Assembly (NCBI GenBank): GCA_001179505.1
Contig: CDMY01000897.1
Coordinates: 176,741 to 240,740, forward strand
Direction of reading: 5' to 3'
Source of the DNA: Vitrella brassicaformis CCMP3155
Taxonomy: Eukaryota; Protista; Chromerida
Length of the DNA: 64,000 bases
This document shows positions 13,486 through 28,589 of the stretch, piece by piece; position 1 is the stretch's first letter, and each line of letters starts with the position of its first letter. The notes beneath the pieces were generated by a model. It was not told the DNA's origin. It was given only the letters and a program-made list of their open reading frames with translations, and ran no database searches. The position numbers and the translations under genes were made by a program.

Positions 13486-16400
13486 TCAGCCGTGCATCCA
13501 AATCCTCGCCGCCCCACCGCCCGACACCCGCCGCGCCTTCTTCCGCCTGTGGGCCTCGTCCTTCTCATCCACCAGGGTAAACTGCTGCCACGGCCTGGGG
13601 TCGCTGTCCCACGGCCCCCGCCCACTGCCCCTGGTCGCCGCCAGCACATCATCTGGGAAACCGCCCTCGCGCTCCGCGATCAGCGGCGCCCAGTCGTGGA
13701 TGTAGGGGCCGTCCCCGTCGCCGCCCTGCCTCTTGCGCTTGCCGGGCTTCTTCTTGTTTGCTGGGGGGGCTGGCGCTGGCTTGCCATCCTTGCCCTTGCT
13801 GCTGCCGGGTTGGTCTTGTGTGCCGTCCTGTCCTGAGGCTGATGCTGATGCCGATGCCGATGCGGCAGTGGCGGCGGCGGCGGCTGCGGGCGATCCGTGC
13901 ACGCGGCGGTCACGGGTGGGAGGGTCGCCGCCGATGGTGCCGCTGCACCCATGAGTCAATGGACACGCAATGAGGAGACGCAATGAGTGGCCGTGTTTGT
14001 GTGTGTGAGCTGTGTGAGTTGTGTGATGCCTACGTGCATTTGCTGGATCCGCAAAAGCACTGGAGGCCCTTGGCGCGGCCGAAGCCGTCAGACATGTAGT
14101 CGTACGTCAGCGGCTCGCCCTCCTCTATGTCTCGAATGGCGAAGAAACCTAACATATGCAGCGCAGCAGCCCCCCAGCAAACGAAACCGCACCCATGGCA
14201 GATATGATGGATGAATGCACTGACTGACTGACCGATCTGTGGGATGCATCCCTTGCTAGGGTCGCCGCAGAAGATGACCTTGCGCTCCATGTTGGGCTCG
14301 CACGAGTGGTTGGCGTACCGCATTGCGTTGCCGAAGTACATGGCGTCCACCGCAGGGGCCAGAGCGCTGCACACAGACATGGCACACACAAGCGTGGGGA
14401 TGCATGGCCCTTCCCGTGTGTCTGATGTGCTGTGGTTGTGGCTGTGGTTGTGGCTGTGGATCTGCCTCACTCGGCCCCCTTTGGCAGCTGGTCGAACGGC
14501 AGCACGCTGATGGCGTACTGGTACTTGCCGCCGGTGGGGTCGTTCTCGTACTTCAACACCCGCGCACGCCACTCGCCCAGCGTGATGACCTCACCCGCAA
14601 ACTCACCCACAAAGTCACCCGCACCTATCGCACTCTACACACACACGCACACACACAAGTGCAATCGATGTGGTTAGGGGGAGAGGGGTGTGTGGTGTGG
14701 TGTGGTGTGGTGTGGTGTACCTGCGCTACGAGTCCCCACCCCAACTTGTCTGAATGGGAGATGCACACCGGCACGCCCAACTGGCCCAACCAAGCAGGGC
14801 TCCTGACACCACACACACACACACACACCCCAACACCCCTCTCTCTGCTGGTGTGTGGGAGGACGGGTGGATGTGTCGTCTGGTGCGTACCGTACCAGTT
14901 GCTGCAGACATGGTCCACGTTGGCCGTTTTGCAGGGGGATGACTCCGAGCAGTAGGCCACCGCCCCCGGCCACAGCTTGTCCGTATTGAGCCCCGCGGAG
15001 CAGACCGTGCCGTCCTCGTCCTTCCACGCCCACTCGCCGCTCTCCTCGTCCCAACTGACACACGGCCATCCGTCCATCCATCCACCCACGGTGATGGTAG
15101 TGGGCGTTGGTTGGTGATTCTTTCGTTCGTACTATTTCTCCTTCTCAGCGATGGCCCTCTTGTCAGGCGGGACGCACCCGGCGCAGATGTGTGGGAGCGG
15201 CGGGTTCATCACGGGCGGCTTGTGCAGCTGCAGCTGGTAGGGCATGTAGGAGGGCAGGTTGTTCAGCACGGCCCCAACGCCGTAGCCGTCAGTGCTGACC
15301 ACCGGCACATCGCAACTCTGACACAGATGACACACACACACACACGGGCACATGTCATGTGGGAGGGAGAGAGGGAGAGGGGTACCTCTCTGCGCTGAGC
15401 TATGTCGAGCATGGGGTCCCAGTCGGGGAGCGGCAGCTGGCAGAGAATCGACATGCTGATGTTGTCGTCACGCTCCTGCAGCTGGGGGAACATCGTGCAG
15501 GCTACCTGATGACACACACATCACACACAAGAGAGAGCAAGAGACAGACCCACATCAGCACAACCACTCCGGGCAGATTGTGTGGGGGTGTGGGTGGGTG
15601 GTTGGGGGGAGCGGTGTGACGTCACACACACACACACAGACACACACACACACACAGGCGTACGGACGTCAGACTCGAGTGTCCTCGGGATGGGCAGTAT
15701 CTCAGTCATTTGCACGTTGTCGTCTTTGTCCTTGTACTGCACCACCAGCAAGTAGGGGAAGAAGTCGTGGGCACCGAACGCCTCGCCCTCGAACCACCCC
15801 TGGCTCGCGTCTATGTACTCCACCAACCTGTCAAGCGACTCGTCACCGTGCTCCTACACACACACACACACACACACAATGGATGGATGGATGGATGGAT
15901 GGATGGCGGCGAACGGATCGCCCTGACTGTCTGTCTCTCTGTCTGTCTGCTCTGCTTGTCCTCACCTGACGGAAGGTTTCGTCATTTTCCTTGACGTACC
16001 CGCTGAGCACCTTCTCGATCTGCTGCTTCATGGCGTTGTGCTGGTCCAGCAGCACCAGCTCCAGCGTCGTGAGGCGCAAGGTCTGGTGGGCGATGCGGGT
16101 GGTCGCGTCAGCCGCGGCGTCGTGGTCGGGAGTCGGGAACAGCAGCGGGATGGCGCGCGTCGGCTCCCTGTTGAGCATCTTCCTCTGCACACAGAGAGAG
16201 AAGAATATGCCTGTGGCTGGCTGTGTTGATGTGGTGTGTGGTGTGTGGGTGTGAGGTGTGGCGGGTGAACCCACCTGCTCCTTGATGAAGTCGCTGCTGT
16301 TCCTGTCAGCGAGTGCGCGCTTCTCTGTGCCGGCGGGTGGGAGGCAGCTCTGGACCTCGTTGGCCCTGGGAGCGCGAAGCAGCACGTAGTCGGCCATCTG

Positions 16401-17128
16401 GGTGCTCTGCAACACAAACTAAAGAGAGAACCGGGGAATCGGGAAGGTGCGTGTGTTGGTCAGCCATCCATCCATCCATCCATCCCCCCAGCCACGGACC
16501 TTCCAGACGCGTCTGCGCGCCCCTCTCTCGACGGTGGTGTCGACGTAGGCGTTCCTCACGGTGAACAAACCGTCATACCGGAACCCCCTGCACACACACA
16601 CACACACAGTATGGACGCCAGGACGCATGTGTGTGTGTGTGTGTGACCTCCATGCCCTCCCACCTCAACCCCGCCCGTCCTGAGTATATCATTCACTCAC
16701 CATGGGGGCGCGTACTGCGAGAGTGCCTTGTACCCGCGGACGAAGCGGATCTTCTCGCCCTTGGCATAGGCACTCAGCAGCGCGTCGTTGCCCCTGGACA
16801 GCGTCTGGTCGTCCTCCTCGGCCTTGCCCTCACCCGCATACACCACACGACTACCGCGGTCCCAGTCATCTAAACACACACACAGAGAGAGATGTCATAT
16901 GGCAATAGGCACACGTGTGTGTGAGAGGGGTATGTGTGTGCGTGGGTGTGCGGTAGCTGACCCTTGTATCCTCCGTTGCTGACGACGCTAGTGCAGATGC
17001 CGTCCCTGAAGGCGATACCGGCCACCATCTGCTTGTGCACACCAAACAGGAGCATCGCGTTACGGTACGGAAACACCGTCCCTGGCTCAAACTCTGCAGA
17101 GAGAGAGAGAGTGAGAGTGAGTGAGAGT

Positions 17129-17168
<40 letters not shown>

Positions 17169-17616
17169 CCCACACACACGTCGTGAGAGTGTGATGTGTG
17201 TGGTGTATGCGGATTGGATACCGAGCAGCGGTTTGCCCTTGACATCTACAGGCTCGTCGAGGCCCAGCCACTCCTGGATGGACCTGAAGACCTTGTTGTG
17301 GTCCTTCAGGGCCTCGAACTCCTGGTCCCATCGCTGCAGCAGAAACTGACCTGCAGCCAGCCAGCCAGCCATGTGACGCATACGCACACACACGCTCGTT
17401 GCCGATGGATGGATGCCCTTTCTCCGAGCGCACACGTGTGCCCACCTTTCTGTTTGGGGGTGAGCGACCGATACAGCCCCCTGCACACACGGACACGGGC
17501 ACGACGCATCACCATCCATCCATCATCCACACATCCCACCCCACAGCGCTGCCGGGTGGATGAATGGCTTACTTGTCGAGGAGCTCCCCCTCCTTGAACT
17601 GGCGCTGCTGCGCCAT
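13486..17616 (-). CDS. SUVH-like histone H3K9 methyltransferase: SRA/YDG + Tudor/Agenet-like + Cys-containing pre-SET + SET + post-SET + basic tail
   Basis: GVHKQMVAGI...SVVSNGGYKDDWDRGSRVVYAGEG...GFRYDGLF (SRA); VEYIDASQGWFEG (Tudor-like); KLGWGLVAQ, GEFAGEVI, RYANHSCEPN, EPLTYDY, CFCGSSKC (SET and post-SET). Confidence 0.9.
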
Positions 17617-17789
17617 CTGTCGCCCTGCTATCCTCCTGCCTTATGGTGCGATTTGTCCTCGGCGCCCAGTTTTAGAGCGGGAGGGGTCAAACACAAAGAG
17701 ATCTACGAGACGTGATTTCACGGGAATTCTTGTGTTTGAACACATCCGCGCACGACAGAGACCGGATTTCATCGGCAGCAGGCGCCACC

Positions 17790-20001
<2,212 letters not shown>

Positions 20002-20269
20002 CGTTTGTTTGCCATTGCTATTACGCGCGGGGGCGCGCGCGCGCGTGTGTGTGTGTGTGTGTGTGTGTGAGGCTTTCTCCCGTGCGTATGTGTGTGGATC
20101 GAACATACGAATGGATGGACCGACACATATAGTGTTTATCTCGTTGGTTGGTGTGAAAACGTCCCACTCCCACCCATGCAGTCATCTGTCTCAAAGAAAG
20201 CAGAAACCTCACCCACGCCACATCTCAACAGCAACACCTCACTTCTCTGGGCACTCTCTCTGAGCTCAT

Positions 20270-21313
20270 TCATCCCCTCTGTGCCCTGCCGACCGTTGGA
20301 TTCGCCGCCCTCCCGGCCTTGGCGCCTCCGCCGTTGCCCTTCTTGCTGTCTGCCGCCTTGCCCTTGGTGCGCTTGGCCCTCTGCTGCTCCTCCCTCTGTA
20401 TCTCGGCCTCCAGCCGCTCCTTCATCCGCTGCTGGCCCGCCTCGCGCACACGCTCGACAGACTTGAAGAACCGGGCCACCACCCCCTGCACACAGACAGA
20501 CAGTCAAGATGAAAACACATGATGGATGCTGATTTGATTGCGAGCGGGGCGTGTGGTGGTTTCGATTAACGCATTACCGTTTTCCTGCCGGATGCCTGCA
20601 ATTCTTCCGGCTTGGCTGGCGGGGCGAGGTTTGCCCGGCTGGGTTTGCCCTCTGCGAATGCCTTGAAGTTTGAGTAGGTGGTGGCGCCGCAAATGTACTT
20701 GTTGGTCCGCCTGTTGTAGTAGTAGGGCAGCCCGCCGCACCGGGCCTTCTTGTCGAGCTTCTGCAGTAGGTCCCAGTTGACGGGGTGCAGATACACCTCC
20801 AGCCGCTCTATCTTGGTGTGCAGCTCACGCTCCACGCGACGCAACACCGGCTCCATGTCCTGATAGGGAATCAATCAATGATGCAAATCACATGAAAGCG
20901 ACACGCATGGCATGCCGCCGCTGCGCTGCGTGATAGTATGTGTGTTCACCCCATCCGCCCACCTCGCACTGGTCACAGTCGATGCTGTGGAACTCCAGCA
21001 GGTACGGCTCGTTGCGCCGTGGCCGGACGGCGGCGCTCTTGACCCCCATCATTGAGAGCAGGAAGGACCGTCTCTTGCTGGAAGAATGACGGTCTTCTGC
21101 ACCCGCACCCATCCTCAACATCAACAAGGCCATCGTCACGGCAACAAGCAGGGCGAAGCGAGTCAGAGAAGAAGGTGATCTCGTCCGTGGACAGTGCCAT
21201 GGGAGCGTTGACGCCCTCCTTGACGAGGTTGCATCGTCAGATCTCGGTGCAGCATCCCTCCTTGGCCTTGTTGGCTGATGCTCATGAGTTTTTCTCGGCG
21301 CCGAGGGATTCAT
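20270..21313 (-). CDS. Thioredoxin-fold protein (CDQC) with N-terminal hydrophobic/signal segment; start ATG 21313 or 21133
   Basis: FALLVAVTMALLML...PYLLEFHSIDCDQCE|DMEPVLRRVE...CGGLPYYYNRRTNKYICGAT; two GT-AG introns splice in frame. Confidence 0.75.
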
Positions 21314-21427
21314 TTCGCAGATTGCCGTGGACAGAAGGGTACACGGGCCAGGCACTCTGTCTTGTGGCTGACCCCGGGACTGTTGCGAAGCTCGCAATCG
21401 TGAGGGGGAGGAGGAGGGGGAGGCAGA

Positions 21428-24141
21428 ATGGACCCCGAGACGCAGAAGTTCTTCAAGCGGTTGCGGGAGGAAGACAAAAGCAACAACAAGTGTTTTGACT
21501 GCGGTGAGTGATCTGATCAACGACAGGCAGTCAGCTGCACACCACACGAGAGAGTCTAGTCTTGTGTGTGGGTGCACCTCTCCTCTCCTCTCCTCAGGCG
21601 CAGCGAATCCCCAGTGGGCGTCGGTGTCGTATGGCACCTTCATCTGCCTCAACTGTTCCGGCATACACAGGTTGGCAGGAGGGAGGGAGGGAAGGAGGCA
21701 ACCACCTTACCCACACACCAAGGGAAAAAGGTACCCCTCTGCTTCACTCACTGCTGTCTGTCCGTGTGGTGTGACTGTGCTGTGCCTGCAGGGGTTTGGG
21801 TGTCCATCTGAGCTTCGTCAGATCAACGTCCATGGACACATGGTCAGTCAGTCAGTCAGTCAGTCAGTCAGTCGGTGAGTCAGTCAACACACAGAAAGAG
21901 GGGTGAGAGGGGCAGACACCGGTCTGGGATGGGATGCTTCTGTGTGCGCACACAGGAGTGCGAAGCAGCTCAAGATGATGAAGATGGGCGGCAACGCCAA
22001 ACTCAAAGCTTGCTTCGAGGAACACGTAAGTGACTAAGGCTATCTGGACTGGACACCACACCCCGCCGGGCATGTCATGTGGGCACACACACACACCTAT
22101 GGTATGTATGTCCGTTCATCTCTCTGAATGACATGTGTGATTCAATCAATCAACCAGGGTGTGTCCACTCTGCCCATCAAGCAGAAGTACAACACCAAGG
22201 CGGCAGCACACTTCAGAGAGACGGTCGGTACGGTACACACCCTCACACAGACTGACTAACGCCTACACACACTGAACTTCAGTGGCGTGCGCCTGTTCGT
22301 TTTGTCAGGTGCGTGCGCTGGCTGAGGGCAAAGAGCCGCCACCGCCACTCGCCAAGGGAGAGGGGCAGGAAGAAGCTGGTACCAAGTCACACATCTGCAG
22401 ATGGGAGCCTCTGTGTGTGTATCTGTGCGTTGCAATCAGTGCCTGGTTCCTCCGCCCCTCTGACCCTCGGCAGCAGTAGCAGCACCAGGACGGCCGCCAA
22501 CAACCTCTACCCATCAGCAGAAATCAGCCAGGCCAAAGCCGACATGTCTGGCACCAGCAGCAACCAGCCCAACAGCACCGCCAACTCAGCAGGGTACCTA
22601 CGGTGCCTCTGTCTGTTCTGTGCACACACCGCTCCCTCTCTCTGTGCGCGCACCAATGTGTTGCTGTTTGTGTCAACAAACAGGCCGTATTCGTCAAGTT
22701 ATCACTATGGCGGGCCGGCCACAGGCGGCGGCAGCAGCTCGAGCGGCGGTGGGGGGATGCAGGGCTTCGGCAACCCACATTTCCAGAATGCCAACGGGCT
22801 GGAGGGCCAGGGGGGAGACAGGTGGGTGGGTGCGGCAACAAACACGTGCAGACAAACAGACATGGTCGGGCCTTCATTGCGGGGCAATGTGTGCGTCTGT
22901 GTGTGTGTGTGTCAGGTCAGGGACGAGTTTCAATCTCGACTCGCTGGGCGGGGGGCTCTGGTCGGCCATGTCGGCGGCGCAAAACCTGGCAGGAAAGGTG
23001 AGTTGAGTTGAGTGGGCCAAGCGTGACGACGGACAGCTGCATGGCTGCAAGTACGCCCTTCCATTGGCTCTGGCCGTTGTCGGTTGTCAGGCTGTCAACA
23101 AGGTCAAGGCGACGGTGGAGAGCGCCAAGACAGAGGGCATCCTCGAGACTGTCGGCGACACCGTCAGAACAGTAGGCCTGAAACAAACAGAACGAGACAA
23201 TGACACGCGCTACACTGCCCCTGTGTGCGTGTCGTGACGTGGCCGTCAGACGACTCACTGGGTTGGCGAGAAGGGCCGGCAGCTGACCGACACCGTGACG
23301 GACGAGCAGTTCATCAAGACAACCACCGGCAAGATCAGCAACACTGCAAACTGGGCCGTCGGAACCGTCAAAAAGGCACGCAACACGCACGCACACACAC
23401 ACAAACCACACACACGAGCAGCGGATGGCAAACGTCGTCATGTGTTGGTTGGTGCGGTCGGTGTGTATCCATCTGTCCATGTATGTGATGTGTGTGTGCA
23501 GGGGATAGGTTCGGCGAGCGACTGGTTCAGCGAGCAGCTGCACGACGGGCCGGCCGTCAGCGCCAGAGGCCAGGCGTCGGCCGACGCACTCAGAAACCTC
23601 AGCAGCGGTGAGTGTCCGTCCATGCAGGCACAGAACAACCACCCATTCCCTCTCACAGCCATCTCTCTGTGTGCATGTGTGTCATGTGTGTGCAGGGAAG
23701 ATGCAGGGGTTCGGCCCGGATTCGCTGCCCCCGCCGGCCTCCTCCGCGCCCCCATCGACCTTCACGCGTGCCACCCACCGCCCCCAGACTGACCTGCTCG
23801 GCGACGACGAGGAGGGCGCGGGGATCGTGCCCAATGCCGCTGATGATATGACGTACCGACGCACCCACACATAGAAGGCCTCACTAGTGAGGGAGTGAGT
23901 GTGGGTGGTTGTGTGGGTGTGCAGGTCGTCATCGGGTGGTGCTCAGCAGGTCGCCGGCAATAGTGGTGTGGGGGAGAAAGAGCCCGCAGGGTAAATAGGC
24001 AGAGGGAAGGACGACAGAAAGGAGCGATTGCATTGCGGCCTCTCAAGATCGCGTGTGTGGTGTGGTGTGTGTGGTGTGGTGTGTAGGTGGGACAACGACG
24101 AGTGGGGCGACTTCAACCCGTCGGAATTCAAGAAAGCGTAG
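21428..24141 (+). CDS. ADP-ribosylation factor GTPase-activating protein (ArfGAP1/Gcs1-like)
   Basis: [47 protein letters not shown]...MGGN...KYN: C4 zinc finger with catalytic Arg. Confidence 0.93.
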
Positions 24142-24147
24142 GCCATT

Positions 24148-24178
<31 letters not shown>

Positions 24179-24857
24179 GGAGGGACACACCAACCGTACG
24201 ATCAATCATGTGCTGTTGTTGGCCTTCAGGACGTTCGGCAAAAGAGCCTGACATAATTCAACATTGATTCAATGTTCCATGATGGATGTCTGCCGCTTCC
24301 CTCTCCGCCCACTGACACACACCCACACCCACACCCACACACACACACACACACGCACCCCGACACACTTTCGCGATGAGCAAGATGCCGATTTGTCGAC
24401 TGATGCTGTGGGGGTGTGGATACTGTGTGTGTGGCGGCTTCCATCACCACTCGTGGCGGTCAGGTCGGTTGATGTGCACCCTCTTATCTATGTCTTTATC
24501 GACGTGATGCACACGATCAGTCGTTGTGTGTGGGCGTGACCGCATCATCAGACAGACAGACAGTAATTCGCAGCAAAGGGGGAGGGAGGGTGGGAGAGAG
24601 GGGGCGATCGGTGGATTGCTAATTGGGGGTCGTTTTGAGGCGGTTCGTTCGTGTGTGTCCATGATGAATGTGTGCAGAGGAACTATCAATTGCGTGTGTG
24701 GGTGCGTGCCATGCCCTGGCTCTCTCGTGTGCACATGTGTGTGGCCGGCGAGAGACTCTGATGGCCCTTGATGCCACAATGAGTGAATGGATGGATCGAT
24801 CGGCTGATCAGGCGAAGGCGAATTTGCCACGAGATTCACCACCACCAATGCACTCAC

Positions 24858-26587
24858 TCCCATAAGCCAGAAGAAGTAGGAGTCAGTCGTGAACTCATAC
24901 ACGGCAATATTCGCAGGCAAGTCCTCCTGCCTTGCCCATCCCACGAGCTCGACAGGGGCTGCGAAGTATCTCGATCTCTCTGTATCTCTGTGTGTGCCCA
25001 TGAGTGGAAGTCTGCGCGTCGATCGTCTGCAATCCGACACACACAAGACAGACAGAGGGCGGGCCACAGGAGTGAGTGCACACGAATAACACGTCCTACC
25101 AGAACGCTCACCGATTGCTTACGTCGATCGAGTGGGTATGAGTGTGCCTTATTTGTGCTCAGAACACGACCAGCCCACTGGTCGACGGCTGCACAATCCC
25201 ACCTGCACACAACACAACACAATACACAACACAATGCAATGCAATGGAATGGAATGGAATGGAATGCATACCCACCCGTCTGGTTGGCCATGTGCTGCAG
25301 AAACTCCTCCACCTTAGCCTACACAACAAGAATACACTCCCATACCCTCTTTGCTGTCGTGACAAGTCGCTCCCTCACCCACCCACCCTGTGTCCATCTC
25401 CTCCACTGATCTGCTCCGCATCGGCCATTTCCACATCGGTCCCCGCTGCTGCCGCACTTGAGGTCCCTTCTCCCCCCGCACTGGTGTCGCCGGTGAAGCC
25501 GACGCCGACCGTGTACAGAGGACACTCCATCTCCTGGCAGCAGAGTCCACCACATGTTGCGGCTGCCTGGGTGGGGGGCTGGGCGTGTAGGGTACCTTCA
25601 TCCTGCCTAGGAGGATTCTTGTGATGCAATTGTCCTCTTCAGCAATGTCATCGTCCTCTTCTCCAGCAGTGGTATATATATCGGTGTTGAGTGTGCAAAG
25701 GCCGTTGGTGTACAGGTAGATCTGACACACAGCCAGCCAGACTTTGCGTGTCGTTGCTTTCTCTGCCTACCCCAGGTAGTAGTGCCCCTCGCCAACAGAT
25801 CACCCGCTGCAACACAACACAGCCCGGAAACACACGACCGTCTCCCTCCCTCCCTCCCTCCCTCCCTGACGGCTGGCTCCTCGTGGCGTGGACATACCTA
25901 TGAACAGGGCGTCGATTAAGTCGCTCTCGCCGTTCTCGCACTTCTGATCCAACTCGATGCTACCCTCACCCAACTCCCCCTTTCCCCCCCGCACACACAC
26001 AGAGCACACAACACACGCACATATTGTCGTGTGGTTGTATGTGTGTCGGTCCGTACGTACGCCTCTTTTGGTGGATGTGAGAGTGGTGATGTTGTGGTAG
26101 CCCTCACCCTCCGACTCGTCGTGCATCGAGTTGCTCGTCCCTGATGCGCAAGCCAGACAACACATCATTACACGCGAGCCGTGAACCCCATGCAGACGAC
26201 GGCCAGCTGCTGCTTGGGGTTCAGCAGCAGCTTGTGCTGCAGCCTGCATGCTGCCATCAACCAGCCGTCAGACTTGTGCACGGTGATCGAGGCCGTGTGT
26301 GTGGAGCATGTGTGATGTACGTTATTACCTGTGCGAGTGTGAAGTGTGTTCTGTTGGTGTCGTCTTGGTCGTTGAGTTTGGCCGCCATGGTGCGGCCGCA
26401 GTCCAGGATGATCACCGCCGCCTCCTTGGTTGTCTCCTTGATGCTCAGCTGCGTATGTGTGTCAAGAGACCGCATCCACCAACTGCATGACCGCTTCCTG
26501 ACACCCACAGCTAACCTGGGTCTGCAGACGTTTGCGCAGTGCATCGATCTCATTGCGAAGCGCACCCAGGCCGTCAGCAGCCGTCAT
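24858..26587 (-). CDS. Ku80-like protein: vWA domain plus only the start of the Ku core; 3' end and some splice junctions unresolved
   Basis: KEAAVIILDCGRTM, LQHKLLLNPKQQLAVVCMG, GEGYHNIT, SDLIDALFIG, IYLYTNG match Ku80 N-terminal vWA motifs; RYFAAPVELVG...NIAVY resembles the first Ku-core strands. Confidence 0.6.
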
Positions 26588-26975
26588 CTGCACTGTACTC
26601 AACACAACACAACAACACAATGCAGCTGGCATCCGGCTGCTGCATCACGGTCACCTCGCTGCAGCCGATGCTCGAGTGGCCTCGCCTGACACACCAGCGC
26701 CAGCTGGCACACACACGCAGCCAATTCATGCCGCAGATGTTGGCCGCCGTATGCCACCCCCAAGTGAAGCGTGTGCAAGAACAGTGCATGTGGTACCTTC
26801 ACACAGCCCTTGAATAGCACTGCATGCTGCTCTGCGATGAAACGAACAATTCAGAGGATTCGATCTACAAGCGGAAGCTTCTTGAAGCTCGCACGTCAGA
26901 GGGGAGGCTGACGCAGACCTGAGGCGCCAGGCAGTAGAATCTGATCCCCGAAGCAGTTGAGATGAGTCGTGACTC

Positions 26976-28589
26976 ATGAACAAGCCTTCCCAGACGTCCC
27001 AATTCATCGGATCTCTGCTGCTGCTCATGTGTTTGCCCTTGGGTGGTGCGGTTCTGCAAAGGCACAGCGGCGTGTGGAGGCTAATCACGGCACTGTCGCC
27101 CTCTTTCATCACGCCCCGTGCCACTCCCTTCGGCGTCGGCTTCGTGCGCCGGTCTGTAAGCAGCAGCAGCAGCAGCAGTGAGTCTGCCAGTGAGGGCGAG
27201 GGCGGCGAGAGCATCCCGTCGAGCTTTCGGTTGACGCACTTTGTGGGTGTGCGAGTGGACAGTCATGAGATACAAACGCACGCGGAGAGCCTACAAGAGT
27301 GAGCTCAGCTGAAGGGGAGAAGCAAACACCTCTGATGGTATTAGCGGTGTGCGGTGTGCGTGCAGCTATGTGGTTGGCGAGCATCCTCACTTGGACGGCT
27401 GCAGGATCCCACTGCAGCGCCTGCACATCTCGTCAGCCAGCACAAGCACCGATATGCTCTCTCCTCGCACACCACTAACTAACGTGCTCACACGAAATGC
27501 TCTCGATCGCCGGCCTCCCTGTGTGTTGCCTGCCTGCCAGTTTGCTTGTGTGTGGCCTGGAGAGCCAGGACCTGGTCGAGAGGGCCACAGATGCACTGCA
27601 AGAAGGTGGGTGTCTTTGACGGTGGCTGGCACGGCATGTGTGCATTGGTCTGCGGGTGCTTCTGCTGGTCGTTTTGTTTGGCTCTAGTGCACGCCCTTCT
27701 GCAACAAGGCGACAATGGGCTTGGCCTCGCGCGGCCTTTCGAACTGACGGTGCCTGGCCTCGGCAGCTTCGGTCGGTGAGCGAGCGGACCACACACACTC
27801 AGAGAGAGGTACACCACGCATACCATCACTCCATCATTGATTGTGCTATGCTGCCTGTGTGTGTTGGTTGGGTTGGCCAGGGCGACGAGTGCTCTACGGT
27901 TGTGTCGATGATGCGGCATCCGAGCGGCTGGCGGCTTTGCATCGGCTGATGGGCAAGGTGTTCGTCAGGAGAGGGATCCCCTTTGTGGGCCACCAGGCCT
28001 TCCAACGGTGAGTGAGGGAGGGAGAAGGCAAAAAATAGATGAACGGGTGGATGGATGCAGACGTGATGGTTCATTCTGCCTGCCTGCAGGGACTCGGATT
28101 GCCCTGCCCCCTTTACGCCCCACCTGACTATTCTCAAGACATCTCAGGGCGTCAGGCGGCTCAGAAAACTCCGAAGCGACGAACGACGGTATCTAAGATG
28201 GATGCCGACCCTGTCGCGTCGCCGTCCCCCTTCATGTGTGTCCATGTCCGCAGGCCTCTCCGTCAGCAGCTCGAGAAGCTTGGCATTCCGTCAGTCGATG
28301 AAGACAAATGGAGGCAACAGGTGCTGTGCAGTCTATGACAGAGAAGACGCGTCACCTGTATCCGATGACTGACTATGTGCAATTTCTCTTCTCCAGGCGG
28401 GGCTGGCGAGTGCTGGGGCGGTTCTCGGTTGTCAGTCGGTGCACTCCATCGAGCTCTTGAGCATGCAGGGACAGGTCAGGTGGGCGGGGGTGCATGGGGT
28501 GACGCTTTTTGTTGTGATGTCGCTGTCTGTAAGTGCAGGCTGCTGACGGCTACTACCCTCGGGTGCACTCTCTGAAGCTTCAACAGTGA
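26976..28589 (+). CDS. AKAP7-like 2H phosphoesterase with N-terminal signal + transit-like leader (8 exons)
   Basis: Spliced THFVGVRVDSHEIQ...IPLQRLHISLLVCGLESQDLVERATDAL...GLGSFGRRVLY...FTPHLTILKTS...IELLSMQ...DGYY; both HxS/T motifs present. Confidence 0.8.

Noticed and set aside
25722-25747. Possible GC-AG intron giving RKQRH|IYLYTNG in the Ku80-like gene
   Set aside because: It would be only 26 nt, much shorter than other introns here; splice unresolved, so not counted
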